A stretch of DNA of 64,000 nucleotides from an uncultured Nitrososphaerota archaeon (GCA_963701075.1 OY969559.1:1760001-1824000), one strand, 5' to 3'. Counted from the stretch's first letter, positions 19,200 to 29,612 are shown. Program-made: numbers and translations. Notes: generated by a model from the sequence alone, not told the origin.

Positions 19200-19661
19200 A
19201 TGAAAGAAAACACAAAGATTGTAATTATCCTAGGCATTTCAATAGCAGCCATATCTATTGCTTCAATTTCAATAATGACTTCCAATAGGGAATCGTCTGA
19301 AGAACCGTTACATTACATGGGGGTCACAAAAGAGTTCTGGCTATTCAATAGTGATATTCCTGACTTTAATGAGACCAAAATGAACATGCCACATGATGTT
19401 TTTAGCATGCAAACCATACACGTTATAAAAGGAGATACTGTTCTGATTCACTTTTTCAATCTAGAAGAAGCAGGAGGGGATACTCATGACTTTGTCATTG
19501 GCCAACCATACAACATAAGTGTAATAGTGTATCCTGGTGAAAACAAAACTTTTTCTTTTAATGCAACCACAGCTGGAATATTTACTTACGAGTGTACATT
19601 CCATCAACCCACCATGAGAGGACAATTAATAGTAGACGAACCAAGCGCATTCAAGGACTGA
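19200..19661 (+). CDS. Cupredoxin-domain (blue copper) protein
   Basis: N-terminal TM, H...YECTFHQPTM type-1 copper ligands. Confidence 0.85.
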   Translation: MKENTKIVIILGISIAAISIASISIMTSNRESSEEPLHYMGVTKEFWLFNSDIPDFNETKMNMPHDVFSMQTIHVIKGDTVLIHFFNLEEAGGDTHDFVIGQPYNISVIVYPGENKTFSFNATTAGIFTYECTFHQPTMRGQLIVDEPSAFKD

Positions 19662-19753
19662 TTACAAAAGACAGATTTCATTTTTGAAAAAACTAAGTGT
19701 GGTGAGTCAATCATCTTTTCATCATGGCTTTTTTTCAAATTTACGTTTTCATT

Positions 19754-20755
19754 TTAATGAACACATATTGGATTTCCAATGCAATGTAGGTTTGCACCTG
19801 CTAGAACAGCTCCCGCAAGATCAGCGTTTGTAAGATTCGCTCCTGTCAAGTCAGCATTTCCCAAATCTGCATGCGTAAGATTTGCAGACGCCAAATTGGC
19901 ATTCTTGAGTACTACCGAGCTAAGACCCGTATTTTGCAAACCTGCTCCAGATAGGTCGGTTCCCGTGAGATTAGAATTGGACAGATCAGCGTCCAAGAAA
20001 TTGGCACCTGATGCGTCTGCAGATGTAAAGTTAATGCCTGTCATGTAACATTCTTGAAAGTTGGCGCCTTTTGCATTTGCACCAGATAGATCCGCGCCCA
20101 CAAACTCTGAATGACTAAAATCAGTATTTACAAGTGTGATGTTTTCAAGCACGGCCCAGTTTAGAGAAGAGCCTCTAAGGAAAGAGTCGCTAAGGTCAGC
20201 CCCAGTCATATCTGCAAACCGCAAATCAAGATACTGTCCCAAGACGCTCACAAGGTGTGCATGTTGGAGATAGGCTCCTGGCAAGTCAGCATTTCGTATA
20301 TCCGCGTAGTTTAGGATTGAGTTTTCAAGATGTACATCTACAAGATATGCCTTCTCAAGATCTGCGCCAGACAGGTTGATTCCAGTAAGATTTGAACCAT
20401 GAAGGTCTGCATGGTTCAGGTTTACACCTGAAAAATTGCAGCCAGACCAGGTAACGATTGGAAAGTTCATATCTTGACAGTTCTTTGGTTGCCCTGCCTG
20501 AATTACTTGCGAACTCGGAATCATGGTAACAATATAACCTTCTTGCCCCTCTAGTTCCAACTGTAGCAAGTCATGTTGGATGGCATACCTGTACGCAGTA
20601 GTGAATGTCGATTCGCTTATCTTCCCTTCGTTAGCCCATTTTGCAGTATTTTGTAACCATGTAGGCGGGTTGTAATTTTCATTCTCCTCTTCGTCTTGTG
20701 CTGAGACAAAATAAATAGAACTTGGAATGGTCGCAATAACCAAGATTGCTACCAA
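19754..20755 (-). CDS. Secreted pentapeptide-repeat protein
   Basis: Extended A(D/N)LxG repeats; N-terminal PTWLQNTAKWANEGKI thaumarchaeal motif. Confidence 0.9.
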   Translation of the reverse strand: MVAILVIATIPSSIYFVSAQDEEENENYNPPTWLQNTAKWANEGKISESTFTTAYRYAIQHDLLQLELEGQEGYIVTMIPSSQVIQAGQPKNCQDMNFPIVTWSGCNFSGVNLNHADLHGSNLTGINLSGADLEKAYLVDVHLENSILNYADIRNADLPGAYLQHAHLVSVLGQYLDLRFADMTGADLSDSFLRGSSLNWAVLENITLVNTDFSHSEFVGADLSGANAKGANFQECYMTGINFTSADASGANFLDADLSNSNLTGTDLSGAGLQNTGLSSVVLKNANLASANLTHADLGNADLTGANLTNADLAGAVLAGANLHCIGNPICVH

Positions 20756-20980
20756 TCCTGCAACAAGATAGGAAAATGTATTTTTGGTCGTCTCAGATCA
20801 ATACACTTCACAGTATGCAGCATATTAGTAGAAAGGACGAATATCAACAATAATAACAAGAGATCATCTCAAAACCCCCGTTAATCAGAAATGATTAACT
20901 ATGATCCTTTTTTGTCAAGATATATTTTCCTGCATTCTGACAGAAGTTTAATGCCGTATTAAACTCTCTTAAACTCATTC

Positions 20981-21100
20981 CAATCTAACGCCCTACCTCT
21001 ATCTTGTTTCACATCCCAAAATCTGGTCTTTCGTCAATTAGCGGAGTGTGGGAATGAGGGACGAATGACGAACAGAGCGTAAGACCTGAAAGATCGCTAA
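20981..21100 (-). repeat. Cassette-repeat copy C (complete)
   Basis: TTAGC-GATCTTTC...GAAAGACC-AGATT-TTGGGA-22nt-GCGTTAGAT; about 90 nt near-identical to copy A. Confidence 0.9.
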
Positions 21101-21108
21101 GCAGGAGA

Positions 21109-21284
21109 TTATAATTTTCCAATCTTCATCTTATAAAATACAACTAATGATGTAATACATATCAACAAAACTGGAATCGTAAATGAAAATTATTAGAATT
21201 AAGAGAATAGAAGAAAGGAAATTCAAATTAATAAATGCAAAACTTTGATTAAATGTGTCTTTGACTGTGTCCATGCTACACATC
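21109..21284 (-). pseudogene. Frameshifted or truncated small membrane-protein gene
   Basis: Minus-strand reading ...FTIPVLLICITSLVVFYKMKIGKL* ends 8 nt before repeat C. Confidence 0.35.
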
Positions 21285-21388
21285 TTTCTAAATCCATCGC
21301 AGATATCAAACCCGGATTCGAAGTGAAAAACTGGCAGAGAATATCTTGAAAATAGTTTAACATTTTAAAAGATCGTAAAAGGTCAAAT

Positions 21389-21856
21389 TTAGTGGTTATA
21401 TGTAGGAATTATGCGAATAGTTTTTTCCATCGTATTGCCAAGAAACGAAATGCCGATTTTATAAATTCCTTCCTCATAGATAGCTAAACTTCCTAGACTA
21501 CCTTCGGTAAGATGCCAATTTTGAGTTACTGTCCAAGAGTTAGTCACAATATCACAATACATCGGATCTAGTCTGCTTGTCCATATGATGGTTCCATTTT
21601 CACTGGTTACAACCACGGATGGTCTTGAACACTGTTTCGAAGTAGTTGTTATGTTAAATTCAATTGGTTGACCTACTAGATATTGGTCATTCAGAATATC
21701 AACACTGAGTTTTATGCCGGTAGAATTTCTTTGAAATATGGAAATTTCGGAATTTTGTTGACTCACGATACTAGATTCCATAAAATACAACGCGAATCCC
21801 GCGATAGCTAATATGACAAGTCCTATTATAGTGAACACGGGAAGATAAAATCTCAT
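21389..21856 (-). CDS. Membrane-anchored Ig-like hypothetical protein
   Basis: N-terminal TM; Y.VGQPI.F and G.Y.I beta-sandwich pattern. Confidence 0.65.
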   Translation of the reverse strand: MRFYLPVFTIIGLVILAIAGFALYFMESSIVSQQNSEISIFQRNSTGIKLSVDILNDQYLVGQPIEFNITTTSKQCSRPSVVVTSENGTIIWTSRLDPMYCDIVTNSWTVTQNWHLTEGSLGSLAIYEEGIYKIGISFLGNTMEKTIRIIPTYNH

Positions 21857-21966
21857 CTTGTTAAGTGGATAATTTGTACAATTTAAGAATTATGAAAGAT
21901 TGTTCTTTTATCTCAAAGAATATTTTCAAAACTGAAAATTATTTTAAAATAAAGTTGGGTAGTTGG

Positions 21967-22950
21967 TTATGACCAACTATTTGTTATTGACGCTGTTGTT
22001 GTCCCTGTTGCACTATATGACATTGATATTCCAGTACTACTTGTTGGTCCATTGTAATCTTTCATGGAGGAAGAATAAGCATCCACCATACCTGTATTGG
22101 GAACGTACAATGTAACAGAAGTAAAGCTTATGGATGAGGATGGGAAGTAGCTCGTTGTAGGAGCATCATATGCTTCTAGGCTCACAACTGGATATGGTAG
22201 GCTATCTGATAGCCCCGTATCACTGAATGGTATTACCGTAGTTACATAGTCGAAATCGTTGTTGTCTGTTGCGTAAGCAACCCATTCGCTGTCTGTGACA
22301 TCTGCATAATTTTCTGTCGATATGGAATCTCCCGCTGTTTCAGAAAGAGAATTGCCACAGAAAGTAGTGTCACAATACACTGAGCCATACTGGAAATCAC
22401 CCCAAATTTCAGTGAACATGAATGGTCCGTTGAGACTTCCAGTGTTTGTAGCATTGTATAGCCATCCCCCTTGTACCAACAAAGAAGATGAAGGACATGA
22501 TGGTCCAGAACTTCCAGAACCTGAACAATTAGTTAATCCATCCCAATAGCTTAATGCGTAATTTGTTTGTGCACTGCTTGGTGCCGAACCTATGTCTGTG
22601 TCACCAGTTATTTCATCATAAGAGGAATAATAATCAAATTCTCCTCCTGCAAAACAATGGCTACTACAATCTATAGTTGTGGGCCCCCAGCTCATAGGTC
22701 TCATATGTGGATGAATGCATGAAACTTCTTTTATTGTTTCATCTTTGAGGTTACCTGTGAGACAGCCAGCAAAATGCGGATGTGTTGTAAGCCAATTAAC
22801 AATAGGCTTTGGCATCGATAGTTCATTGACTGCATTTACATTGGGCATTATGGAGGTCGGTGATAACAGTCCCAATCCTATCACTATTGCTGAAATGATC
22901 ATTGTCGTTTTGTTGTTTTTGATGTTATTATTTGTCATTGTCCTCTTCAT
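21967..22950 (-). CDS. Secreted protein, possible glutamic peptidase (G1/A4-like)
   Basis: Signal peptide, pro-region, YWDGL, LVQGGW, FTEIW, AGDSI, VSLE resemble eqolisin motifs. Confidence 0.45.
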   Translation of the reverse strand: MKRTMTNNNIKNNKTTMIISAIVIGLGLLSPTSIMPNVNAVNELSMPKPIVNWLTTHPHFAGCLTGNLKDETIKEVSCIHPHMRPMSWGPTTIDCSSHCFAGGEFDYYSSYDEITGDTDIGSAPSSAQTNYALSYWDGLTNCSGSGSSGPSCPSSSLLVQGGWLYNATNTGSLNGPFMFTEIWGDFQYGSVYCDTTFCGNSLSETAGDSISTENYADVTDSEWVAYATDNNDFDYVTTVIPFSDTGLSDSLPYPVVSLEAYDAPTTSYFPSSSISFTSVTLYVPNTGMVDAYSSSMKDYNGPTSSTGISMSYSATGTTTASITNSWS

Positions 22951-23095
22951 GTCCAGTACATGCTAATAAAACGGGCAGTTCATCATGGTTAGAAATAGTT
23001 AGATTCTAGTGCAATTGAACACAATACATTGCATGAAACACTCATAACGCTAGTTGGAATATTATTGTTCACTGCGACATTTGAATCTTTGATTC
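22939..23095. repeat. Duplicated ~150-bp promoter and regulator 3' end (copy 1)
   Basis: TTCATGTCCAGTACATGCTAATAAAACGGGCAGTTCAT... nearly identical at 24511-24665. Confidence 0.85.
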
Positions 23096-23185
23096 TACAA
23101 AAATGATGATATTCACCACCTATTCACTAAATTATTTTATGCATAATAAAAATAAAAAAGAAAATGAAGGGTTGTAGTTTTTCCG

Positions 23186-23719
23186 TTATTGTTGTACTTC
23201 TAGATTGAGAGGAATGCCGGAAGCTTTACCATCTCCTTCAAACATAACTATTGTGAGAAGATACATGCCAGGTTTGGTATCTTGGGATACTGAAATGCTC
23301 AAATTGGTCGTATCTCTTTTTGTTATAGTTATTCCGCTTGTTCCAAGTGATGGAAGATTGACAACGGTCTTATCTAATGTTGCAGATATTCCCGCGGGTA
23401 GGCTAGCCTGCCCTCCATGAATTAACCCTAAATGGTCATTCATGAGTGTTACACCTATTTTTGCTTGTAAGGCATCTGGCGAAGCAAAGATTCCTACTGG
23501 AATGACAGTACTCTGTCCAGCCTTAAGTACAATGTTCCTATCAGGAACATTCAACGCGAATGGGATTTTCTGGGACGCTGGTTGTTGTGCATCTGCCTTC
23601 TGACCAAAGAAGTTTTGTACAGATGCATCATGTGATTCAAACACAACTGCGGTTACAACTAATATTGCGATAGCAGATACAGCATACAATGATTTTTTAT
23701 GTGTGTTCAATTTTATCAT
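23186..23719 (-). CDS. Exported Ig-like hypothetical protein
   Basis: Signal/TM segment; TKPGMYLLTI motif. Confidence 0.65.
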   Translation of the reverse strand: MIKLNTHKKSLYAVSAIAILVVTAVVFESHDASVQNFFGQKADAQQPASQKIPFALNVPDRNIVLKAGQSTVIPVGIFASPDALQAKIGVTLMNDHLGLIHGGQASLPAGISATLDKTVVNLPSLGTSGITITKRDTTNLSISVSQDTKPGMYLLTIVMFEGDGKASGIPLNLEVQQ

Positions 23720-23722
23720 CTC

Positions 23723-24394
23723 TTATTTGTAACACGATCCATCGTCACATATTGTCATACTGTTCGTTTCCGCGTAACCACTACTAGTACCGCCCCAGTA
23801 ATATGCTTCTGACGTTGACGGATTTCCTCCTCCTTGTGCCTGCGCATCATTGAAAACTCCTTCGTAGAATGTGTTGCTTCCGCTATTCACAAGGCTACAA
23901 TCTGTATAGTACGAACCTGATACACTTCCGCTGGTGTTGACAGGCGAACTGTCACAATATCCAACGAAGCCATTCTGGTCGTACATATCCACCTCAGTAG
24001 TCATTGCTACATAACCCGAACTTGATATCGTGTCTTGACCATAATAGCTAATGTTTGCATTATAATCTATGGTGGATGCAGAAGATGATATCGAGGGACT
24101 TGAACCGACACTGGTTCCATCATAATTATTGTAAGCTGTTGCTTCACTAACAGTCGAACTTGTTGATATTGCTACGAGTTGGTCTATACCACTGGATGGT
24201 GCATATGCACATGCCGCGGACGAACCAGTACACTGTCCATTAGAATAACTTGGTACTTCCTCGGTTAATGTCCATGGTCCACTTGATGTGTCACTTGTTG
24301 CAAATGCTGGAATTACTGAAACACCTAACAATAGTGCTGTGAATATAGTCACAATTCCTGTTAAAGCTTGTGGCTTTTCATTCTGTATTTTCAT
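23723..24394 (-). CDS. Secreted Ser/Tyr-rich protein
   Basis: Signal peptide ending PAFA; paired Cys residues. Confidence 0.65.
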   Translation of the reverse strand: MKIQNEKPQALTGIVTIFTALLLGVSVIPAFATSDTSSGPWTLTEEVPSYSNGQCTGSSAACAYAPSSGIDQLVAISTSSTVSEATAYNNYDGTSVGSSPSISSSASTIDYNANISYYGQDTISSSGYVAMTTEVDMYDQNGFVGYCDSSPVNTSGSVSGSYYTDCSLVNSGSNTFYEGVFNDAQAQGGGNPSTSEAYYWGGTSSGYAETNSMTICDDGSCYK

Positions 24395-24510
24395 TTTGGA
24401 TCATTTTTCTCCTTTTGCTTTTTCCATATGAAGGGACTTTATCTTCATACCACACATATGAACATCTGTGTCATACGAATAACACATCTCATAGTGGTTA
24501 ATGTTAAGCA

Positions 24511-24665
24511 TGTCCTGTTCATGTCCAGTACATGCTAATAAAACGGGCAGTTCATTATAGTTAGAAATAGTTAGCTTCTAGTGCAATCGAACACAGAGTG
24601 TTGCTTGAAATATTCACAACGCTATTTGAAATATTATTGTTCTCTGCGATGTTTGAATTTTTATT
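24511..24665. repeat. Duplicated ~150-bp promoter and regulator 3' end (copy 2)
   Basis: Matches 22939-23095. Confidence 0.85.
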
Positions 24666-25177
24666 GGCTCTTTTATGGTACAATCAATTAGTGATTTGAT
24701 AAACTCTCCAAGAAATACAGAATACTTTTCGTTGATGTTGTGAGGTATTGAAAACCAATGAATGGAGCCGTGGCTTTTATGCTCATAGCCTGCAAACCTG
24801 CCTGACCACATCTCCAAGAACTGCAAAATAGTACTCTTGTTTATGTCATGATATAGCAACCTCATGTATTCTACTGCGTTGTGCGACCCTAGCTTTTTTG
24901 CCAGCTGAATAATCTCTTTATCATCAACTAGCTCAAACAGTCCTTTTAGTGCATCATTTGGTGTTAACGTAGAATCAATCTTGTCGAAATTTACCTTGAA
25001 GGCATGTTCCTTTATCATTTGATTTAATGTCATGTTTATTGAGACGCTCTTCTTTTTTGCTTCTTTTTCCAATAACTCGTACGAATCAGGTTCTATGCGA
25101 AAGGTGTGAGATACTGGTCTTTTTGCATTCTTGTCCATTATCATGAAGATTACATCAAGATCGTACGTACGGTACAC
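24614..25177 (-). CDS. Thaumarchaeal RHH-domain transcription regulator
   Basis: SHTFRI...LEKEAKKKSVSIN..LNQ; H.INEKYS.F C-terminal domain; paralogous to 40230. Confidence 0.7.
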   Translation of the reverse strand: MYRTYDLDVIFMIMDKNAKRPVSHTFRIEPDSYELLEKEAKKKSVSINMTLNQMIKEHAFKVNFDKIDSTLTPNDALKGLFELVDDKEIIQLAKKLGSHNAVEYMRLLYHDINKSTILQFLEMWSGRFAGYEHKSHGSIHWFSIPHNINEKYSVFLGEFIKSLIDCTIKEPIKIQTSQRTIIFQIAL

Positions 25178-25205
25178 AAACTATTTTAGGGTTACGTATT
25201 ATAGT

Positions 25206-26290
25206 TAGGAGTTACGCAGTTGACCTTCACAAGATAGCCTAAGGATTCATTCCATAAATCTTAGATCCAAGACGATCCCCTCTTTGCAATGAACCAATCA
25301 AGATGTGATGTACTAGACTACATACAGTTCCTCATAGCATCCCAGAAGACCTTTACATGTACAGAGGCTGCAAGATGCCAGCCCGTGGAGCTGTACAAAA
25401 TCCCATCCCATGACTCCTTTACGCGCCTTCTACAACGACAGACTCAAGACACTGAGACGGTTTGGAAGGAAGCAAAGGCAATGATAGGAAGCGGGGGTGT
25501 TATTGTAGTCGACGATACCACTCTTGACAAGCCGTATGCCTCAAAGATGGACCTTGTAACATGGCACTGGAGTGGCAAGCACAGATGTGTGGTCAAGGGA
25601 ATAAACCTCATCACGCTTCTGTGGACAGATGGAAAAAAGCGCGTACCGTGTGATTGCAGGATCTACGACGCACCTGTCACAGGTCTTACAAAGAACGACC
25701 GCTTCCAGGAGATGCTGGTAAAGGCCAGGCAGAGAGGCATGAATCCGCTGTATGTGCTCTTTGACAGTTGGTACTGCAGCATTGGAAACCTCCATCTTGT
25801 CGCAAAGCTTGGATGGTATTTTCTGACAAGGCTGAAAAGCAACAGGACTGTCAGTCTGAAAGATGGTAAGAACGTGTCAGTGAGTAGCATGGAAATACCA
25901 AAGCATGGAAGAACAGTCTACCTCAAAGAGTACGGAACCATAAAGGTATTCAGGACAGTTTCCAAAAACGGAGACGCTGAGTACTGGGCAACAAACAATC
26001 TGTCAATGAATGCGGTAAGAAGGGAGGAGCTTGAAAAACATGGATGGTCAGTAGAGGTGTATCACCGTGGAATCAAGCAGTGCTGTGGTATTGAAAGGTC
26101 GCATGTCAGAAAGGCAAGATCGATAATCAGTCACATACTCTTGTCTGTCAGGGCTTTTCTGCGTCTTGAGGCATACCGGATAGAGACAGGGACGAGCTGG
26201 TATGAGGCAAAGAGTGCCATAATCCGGTATGCGATACGGAACTATCTATCCCGTCCGTTCTGTCATTTGGGCTCAACTGCGTAACTCCTA
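25206..26290 (+). mobile_element. IS701-family insertion sequence
   Basis: 18-bp TIR TAGGAGTTACGCAGTTGA (25206-25223 / 26273-26290); 5-bp TSD ATAGT on both sides. Confidence 0.9.
25289..26284 (+). CDS. IS701-family DDE transposase
   Basis: VDDTTLDK, FDSWY, WSVEVYHRGIKQ. Confidence 0.9.
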   Translation: MNQSRCDVLDYIQFLIASQKTFTCTEAARCQPVELYKIPSHDSFTRLLQRQTQDTETVWKEAKAMIGSGGVIVVDDTTLDKPYASKMDLVTWHWSGKHRCVVKGINLITLLWTDGKKRVPCDCRIYDAPVTGLTKNDRFQEMLVKARQRGMNPLYVLFDSWYCSIGNLHLVAKLGWYFLTRLKSNRTVSLKDGKNVSVSSMEIPKHGRTVYLKEYGTIKVFRTVSKNGDAEYWATNNLSMNAVRREELEKHGWSVEVYHRGIKQCCGIERSHVRKARSIISHILLSVRAFLRLEAYRIETGTSWYEAKSAIIRYAIRNYLSRPFCHLGSTA

Positions 26291-26344
26291 ATAGTATTGT
26301 AATATATATAAAAAATATAGATTAGTGTTTCATAAATCAAGATT

Positions 26345-26471
26345 GTATCAATGCTTCACGCTCACATCCCAAAATCTGGTCTTTCGTCAATTAGCGGAGC
26401 CTGTCAAAACTGCTGTTTTGATAAAACTTTTCCTAAAAGTTTTGCAGAGCGTAAGACAGGAAGACCGCTTA
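26345..26471 (-). repeat. Cassette-repeat copy E (different internal loop)
   Basis: Same arms TAAGCGGTCTT...GCTAATTGACGAAAGACCAGATTTTGGGATGTG with a new centre holding two small hairpins; 11 nt after the stop of 26483..27391. Confidence 0.85.
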
Positions 26472-26482
26472 CCATTCCAAAG

Positions 26483-27391
26483 TTATGGATTTGGAACATA
26501 CCAGATACCGATGTTGCTTAGACCTACAATATTGTATTGATAACTCATAAGAGGACATGCAGTAATCTTGTTTACCCAAGGGAGATCATTCACAGTAATG
26601 TTTGATTGGTTATCGTATCCCACTGCAAATGGCATACCTGAACAAAATATAGTTAATGCGTAGAGTCCTGTCTGATTACCTGTTTTTATCCAATATACTA
26701 CTGTAGAATTTCCTTTTGGTATTGTTGTTCTGTTTCCTAGTTCATTCCATGTTGTAATTTCTGTGGCATTTTGATTCATGTTATTTGCGTTAGAGGCTCT
26801 GATTCCTAAAGGTGCAGGAAAATCATTAAAATTGGAATATCTCACACATATTTTTCCAATAGAATTTGCAGGCATGTATAATACCACTATGCCTGTGTTT
26901 GATTGTGGAAAAGGTGTGTCACATGGCTCAAATGAGACATGTAATGTAGAATTCTGAGAACTTGTTGTATTTTTCCCACTTGATGTTTCAGAGGGAAAAG
27001 TTTTTTCCGATAAGACAGGTAGCTTTACGAGGGGATTTCTTGCCCAGCCACGTTCTATCAAGATATTGGCTGTATCAGGTGTTACACATGCTGGAGAACC
27101 ATCTTGCGATTTAAGAATCAACTCAAACCCTGTTTCACATTGAATATCTTGTGCTTGTATCCCTGATTTTAATTGTCTTAGTGGAGAAAGCATTGTTTCA
27201 GGCTGTGCAAATATTGTATTACTGCCTACAACAAGTATAACCGTCAGAATTGCAATTATTGCAAGATGTAGAGTTTTCAAAATATACCGTTCTTCAATCT
27301 TCAAACCATAAAAAACTGGCGTAGATTCCCACAATAAGATTGTTCTAAAAAGAAGCAAATTCCTTAGATGGTGTTTTCTCGATTTTGACAA
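26483..27391 (-). CDS. Exported thaumarchaeal hypothetical protein
   Basis: SPLRQLKSGI...C..G..LILK..DGSPACV...TA..LIERGW domain common in AOA surface proteins; start probably downstream of 27391. Confidence 0.7.
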   Translation of the reverse strand: MSKSRKHHLRNLLLFRTILLWESTPVFYGLKIEERYILKTLHLAIIAILTVILVVGSNTIFAQPETMLSPLRQLKSGIQAQDIQCETGFELILKSQDGSPACVTPDTANILIERGWARNPLVKLPVLSEKTFPSETSSGKNTTSSQNSTLHVSFEPCDTPFPQSNTGIVVLYMPANSIGKICVRYSNFNDFPAPLGIRASNANNMNQNATEITTWNELGNRTTIPKGNSTVVYWIKTGNQTGLYALTIFCSGMPFAVGYDNQSNITVNDLPWVNKITACPLMSYQYNIVGLSNIGIWYVPNP

Positions 27392-27478
27392 AAGTTTAAT
27401 ATAATGACATCAAGACTCGGATCTCGTTATGATATCTCAAACTAGAATGCAGAATGGATTCTATCCAAACAAAAAGGA

Positions 27479-29612
27479 GTGTTTGCCTTGAGCGCAGTTA
27501 AGAAAGTTTTCGAAGAAACCATATCGACAGACCACAAGGTAATAACAGAAGATCTCTCAAAAGCAGTTTTGAAAAAATATGGAATCAAGGTTCCAGGATA
27601 TGCACTGGTAAATAATGTAAAAGAGGCAACACGTGCAGCCAAAAAACTAGGATTTCCTCTTGTCATGAAAGTAGTATCACCGCAAATTCTTCACAAGACA
27701 GATGTGGGAGGAGTCAAGGTGGGTCTACAAAATGAGAAGGAAGTAAAAAAGGCCTTCACTGACATGTACTCCAGACTCTCCAAGAAGAAAGGTGTGCAGC
27801 TGAAAAGGAATCTTGCTTGAAAAGATGGTCCCACAAGGAGTTGAGCTAATTGTAGGATTACAAAACGACCACCAGTTCGGTCCTGTCATAATGGTAGGAC
27901 TTGGTGGAATCTTGACTGAAATATTCAAGGATGTTGCATTTAGAATGCTTCCAATCAGTATAGACGACGCAAAATCAATGCTTGCTGAATTGAAAGGCTC
28001 CAAGATACTTCAAGGGTACAGAGGCAGCAAGCCAGTTGATCTGAACATGCTTGCAAAGGCACTTGTCCAGATTGGAAAGATAGGAGTTGATAATGCAGAT
28101 TATTTTGACAGCGTTGACTTTAACCCAATTGTGGTATATCCAAAATCATACTATGTTGTAGATGCAAAGATAATTCTAAAAAAAGAGGTACAAAAGGGCG
28201 CAATATCAAAAGCGCAGCCAAACATAGAGTTCATGGAGACATTCTTTACCCCACAATCAGTTGCACTGGTTGGAGCTTCTGCCACGCCAGGAAAGGTAGG
28301 CAACTCTGTGCTTGATAGTATTGCAAAGCATGACTACAAAGGAAAGGTCTATCCAATAAATCCAAAAGCAGATGAGATTCTTGGAATCAAGTGTTATCCA
28401 TCTCTTGAGGCCATACAGGATCCTGTGGATCTTGTTGTAGTATGTGTGGATCTTTCTATTACCGCACCAGTTCTTGAGACGTGTGCAAAGAAGGGAATCC
28501 ACAATGTTGTCATAGTGTCAGGCGGAGGAAAGGAGCTTGGTGGAGAGCGAGCTGCATATGAAGCTGAAATAAAGAGACTCTCAGAGCAAAACAAGATTAG
28601 AATAATTGGTCCAAACTGCATAGGCATGTTCAATGCAGCAAACAGACTGGATTGTGCGTTTCAGGGTCAGGCAAGAATGGTTCGTGCAAAACAAGGTCCA
28701 GTGGCGTTGCTATCGCAGAGTGGAACAATGGGAATCAGTTTCCTTGAGACTGCAGATTCTTTTGGTTTATCTAAAATGGTAAGTTACGGAAACAGGTCAG
28801 ATGTAGATGAGGCTGACATGATTTGGTACTTGGCAAATGACCCACAAACCAAGGTAATTGCACTGTATGTAGAAGGATTTGGAGACGGACGCAAATTCAT
28901 CGAGACCGCAAAACGCGTGATGCAAGAGAAGAAAAAGCCCATTGTCATATGGAAGAGTGGAAGAACAGCACTTGGTGCAAAACAAGCTGCATCTCATACA
29001 GGCTCACTTGGAGGCTCTAACGCAATCATCATGGGCGCCTTCAAGCAAGCTGGCATAATCTCAGTAGAAAGCTATCATGAACTTGCATCTGCTGTCAAAG
29101 GGCTTGCATGGCAGCCACATGCCAAAGGTCCAAGAGTTGCTCTAGTGAGCAACGGAGCAGGTCCAATGATTGGAGCAATTGACCAGTTTGAAAAGTATGG
29201 ATTGGAGCTTGGCAAAGTAACAGAGGCTACACTAAAAGAGATGAAAGAACACTATCCTCCAACATATGTGATTGGAAATGGCAATCCTGCTGATGTCACA
29301 GGTGGTGCAAATGCAGATGATTACCGATATGCAATTCAAAAGTTCATGGACGATCCAAATATCGACATTGTAATGCCGTGGTTTGTATTCCAAGACGATC
29401 CATTAGAGGAGACAATAATTGATTACCTAGGAGAATTCTCAAAGCAAGGAAAAAAGCCATTGCTTGTAGGTGGAAATGGTGGTCCTTATACGCAGAAGGT
29501 GTCAGCACTCATTGAGAAACACAATGTTCCAGTATATGATGACGTTAGAAACTGGGTAGCAGCTGGTGCTGCTCTGTACCAATGGGGAAAGCACAAGCCA
29601 GACAAGGTTTAA
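27479..29612 (+). CDS. ADP-forming acyl-CoA synthetase, probable 3-hydroxypropionyl-CoA synthetase (frameshift near 27805)
   Basis: ATP-grasp HKTDVGGV, CoA-binding [19 protein letters not shown]; next to a crotonase as in the AOA 3HP/4HB locus. Confidence 0.8.

Noticed and set aside
19754-20500. Periodic DNA pattern as a non-coding repeat array
   Set aside because: Explained by pentapeptide-repeat protein coding.
4880-26471. Cassette repeats as a CRISPR array or canonical attC sites
   Set aside because: Spacing is gene-sized and irregular with no cas genes; there is no RYYYAAC inverse core pairing with the GTT box.
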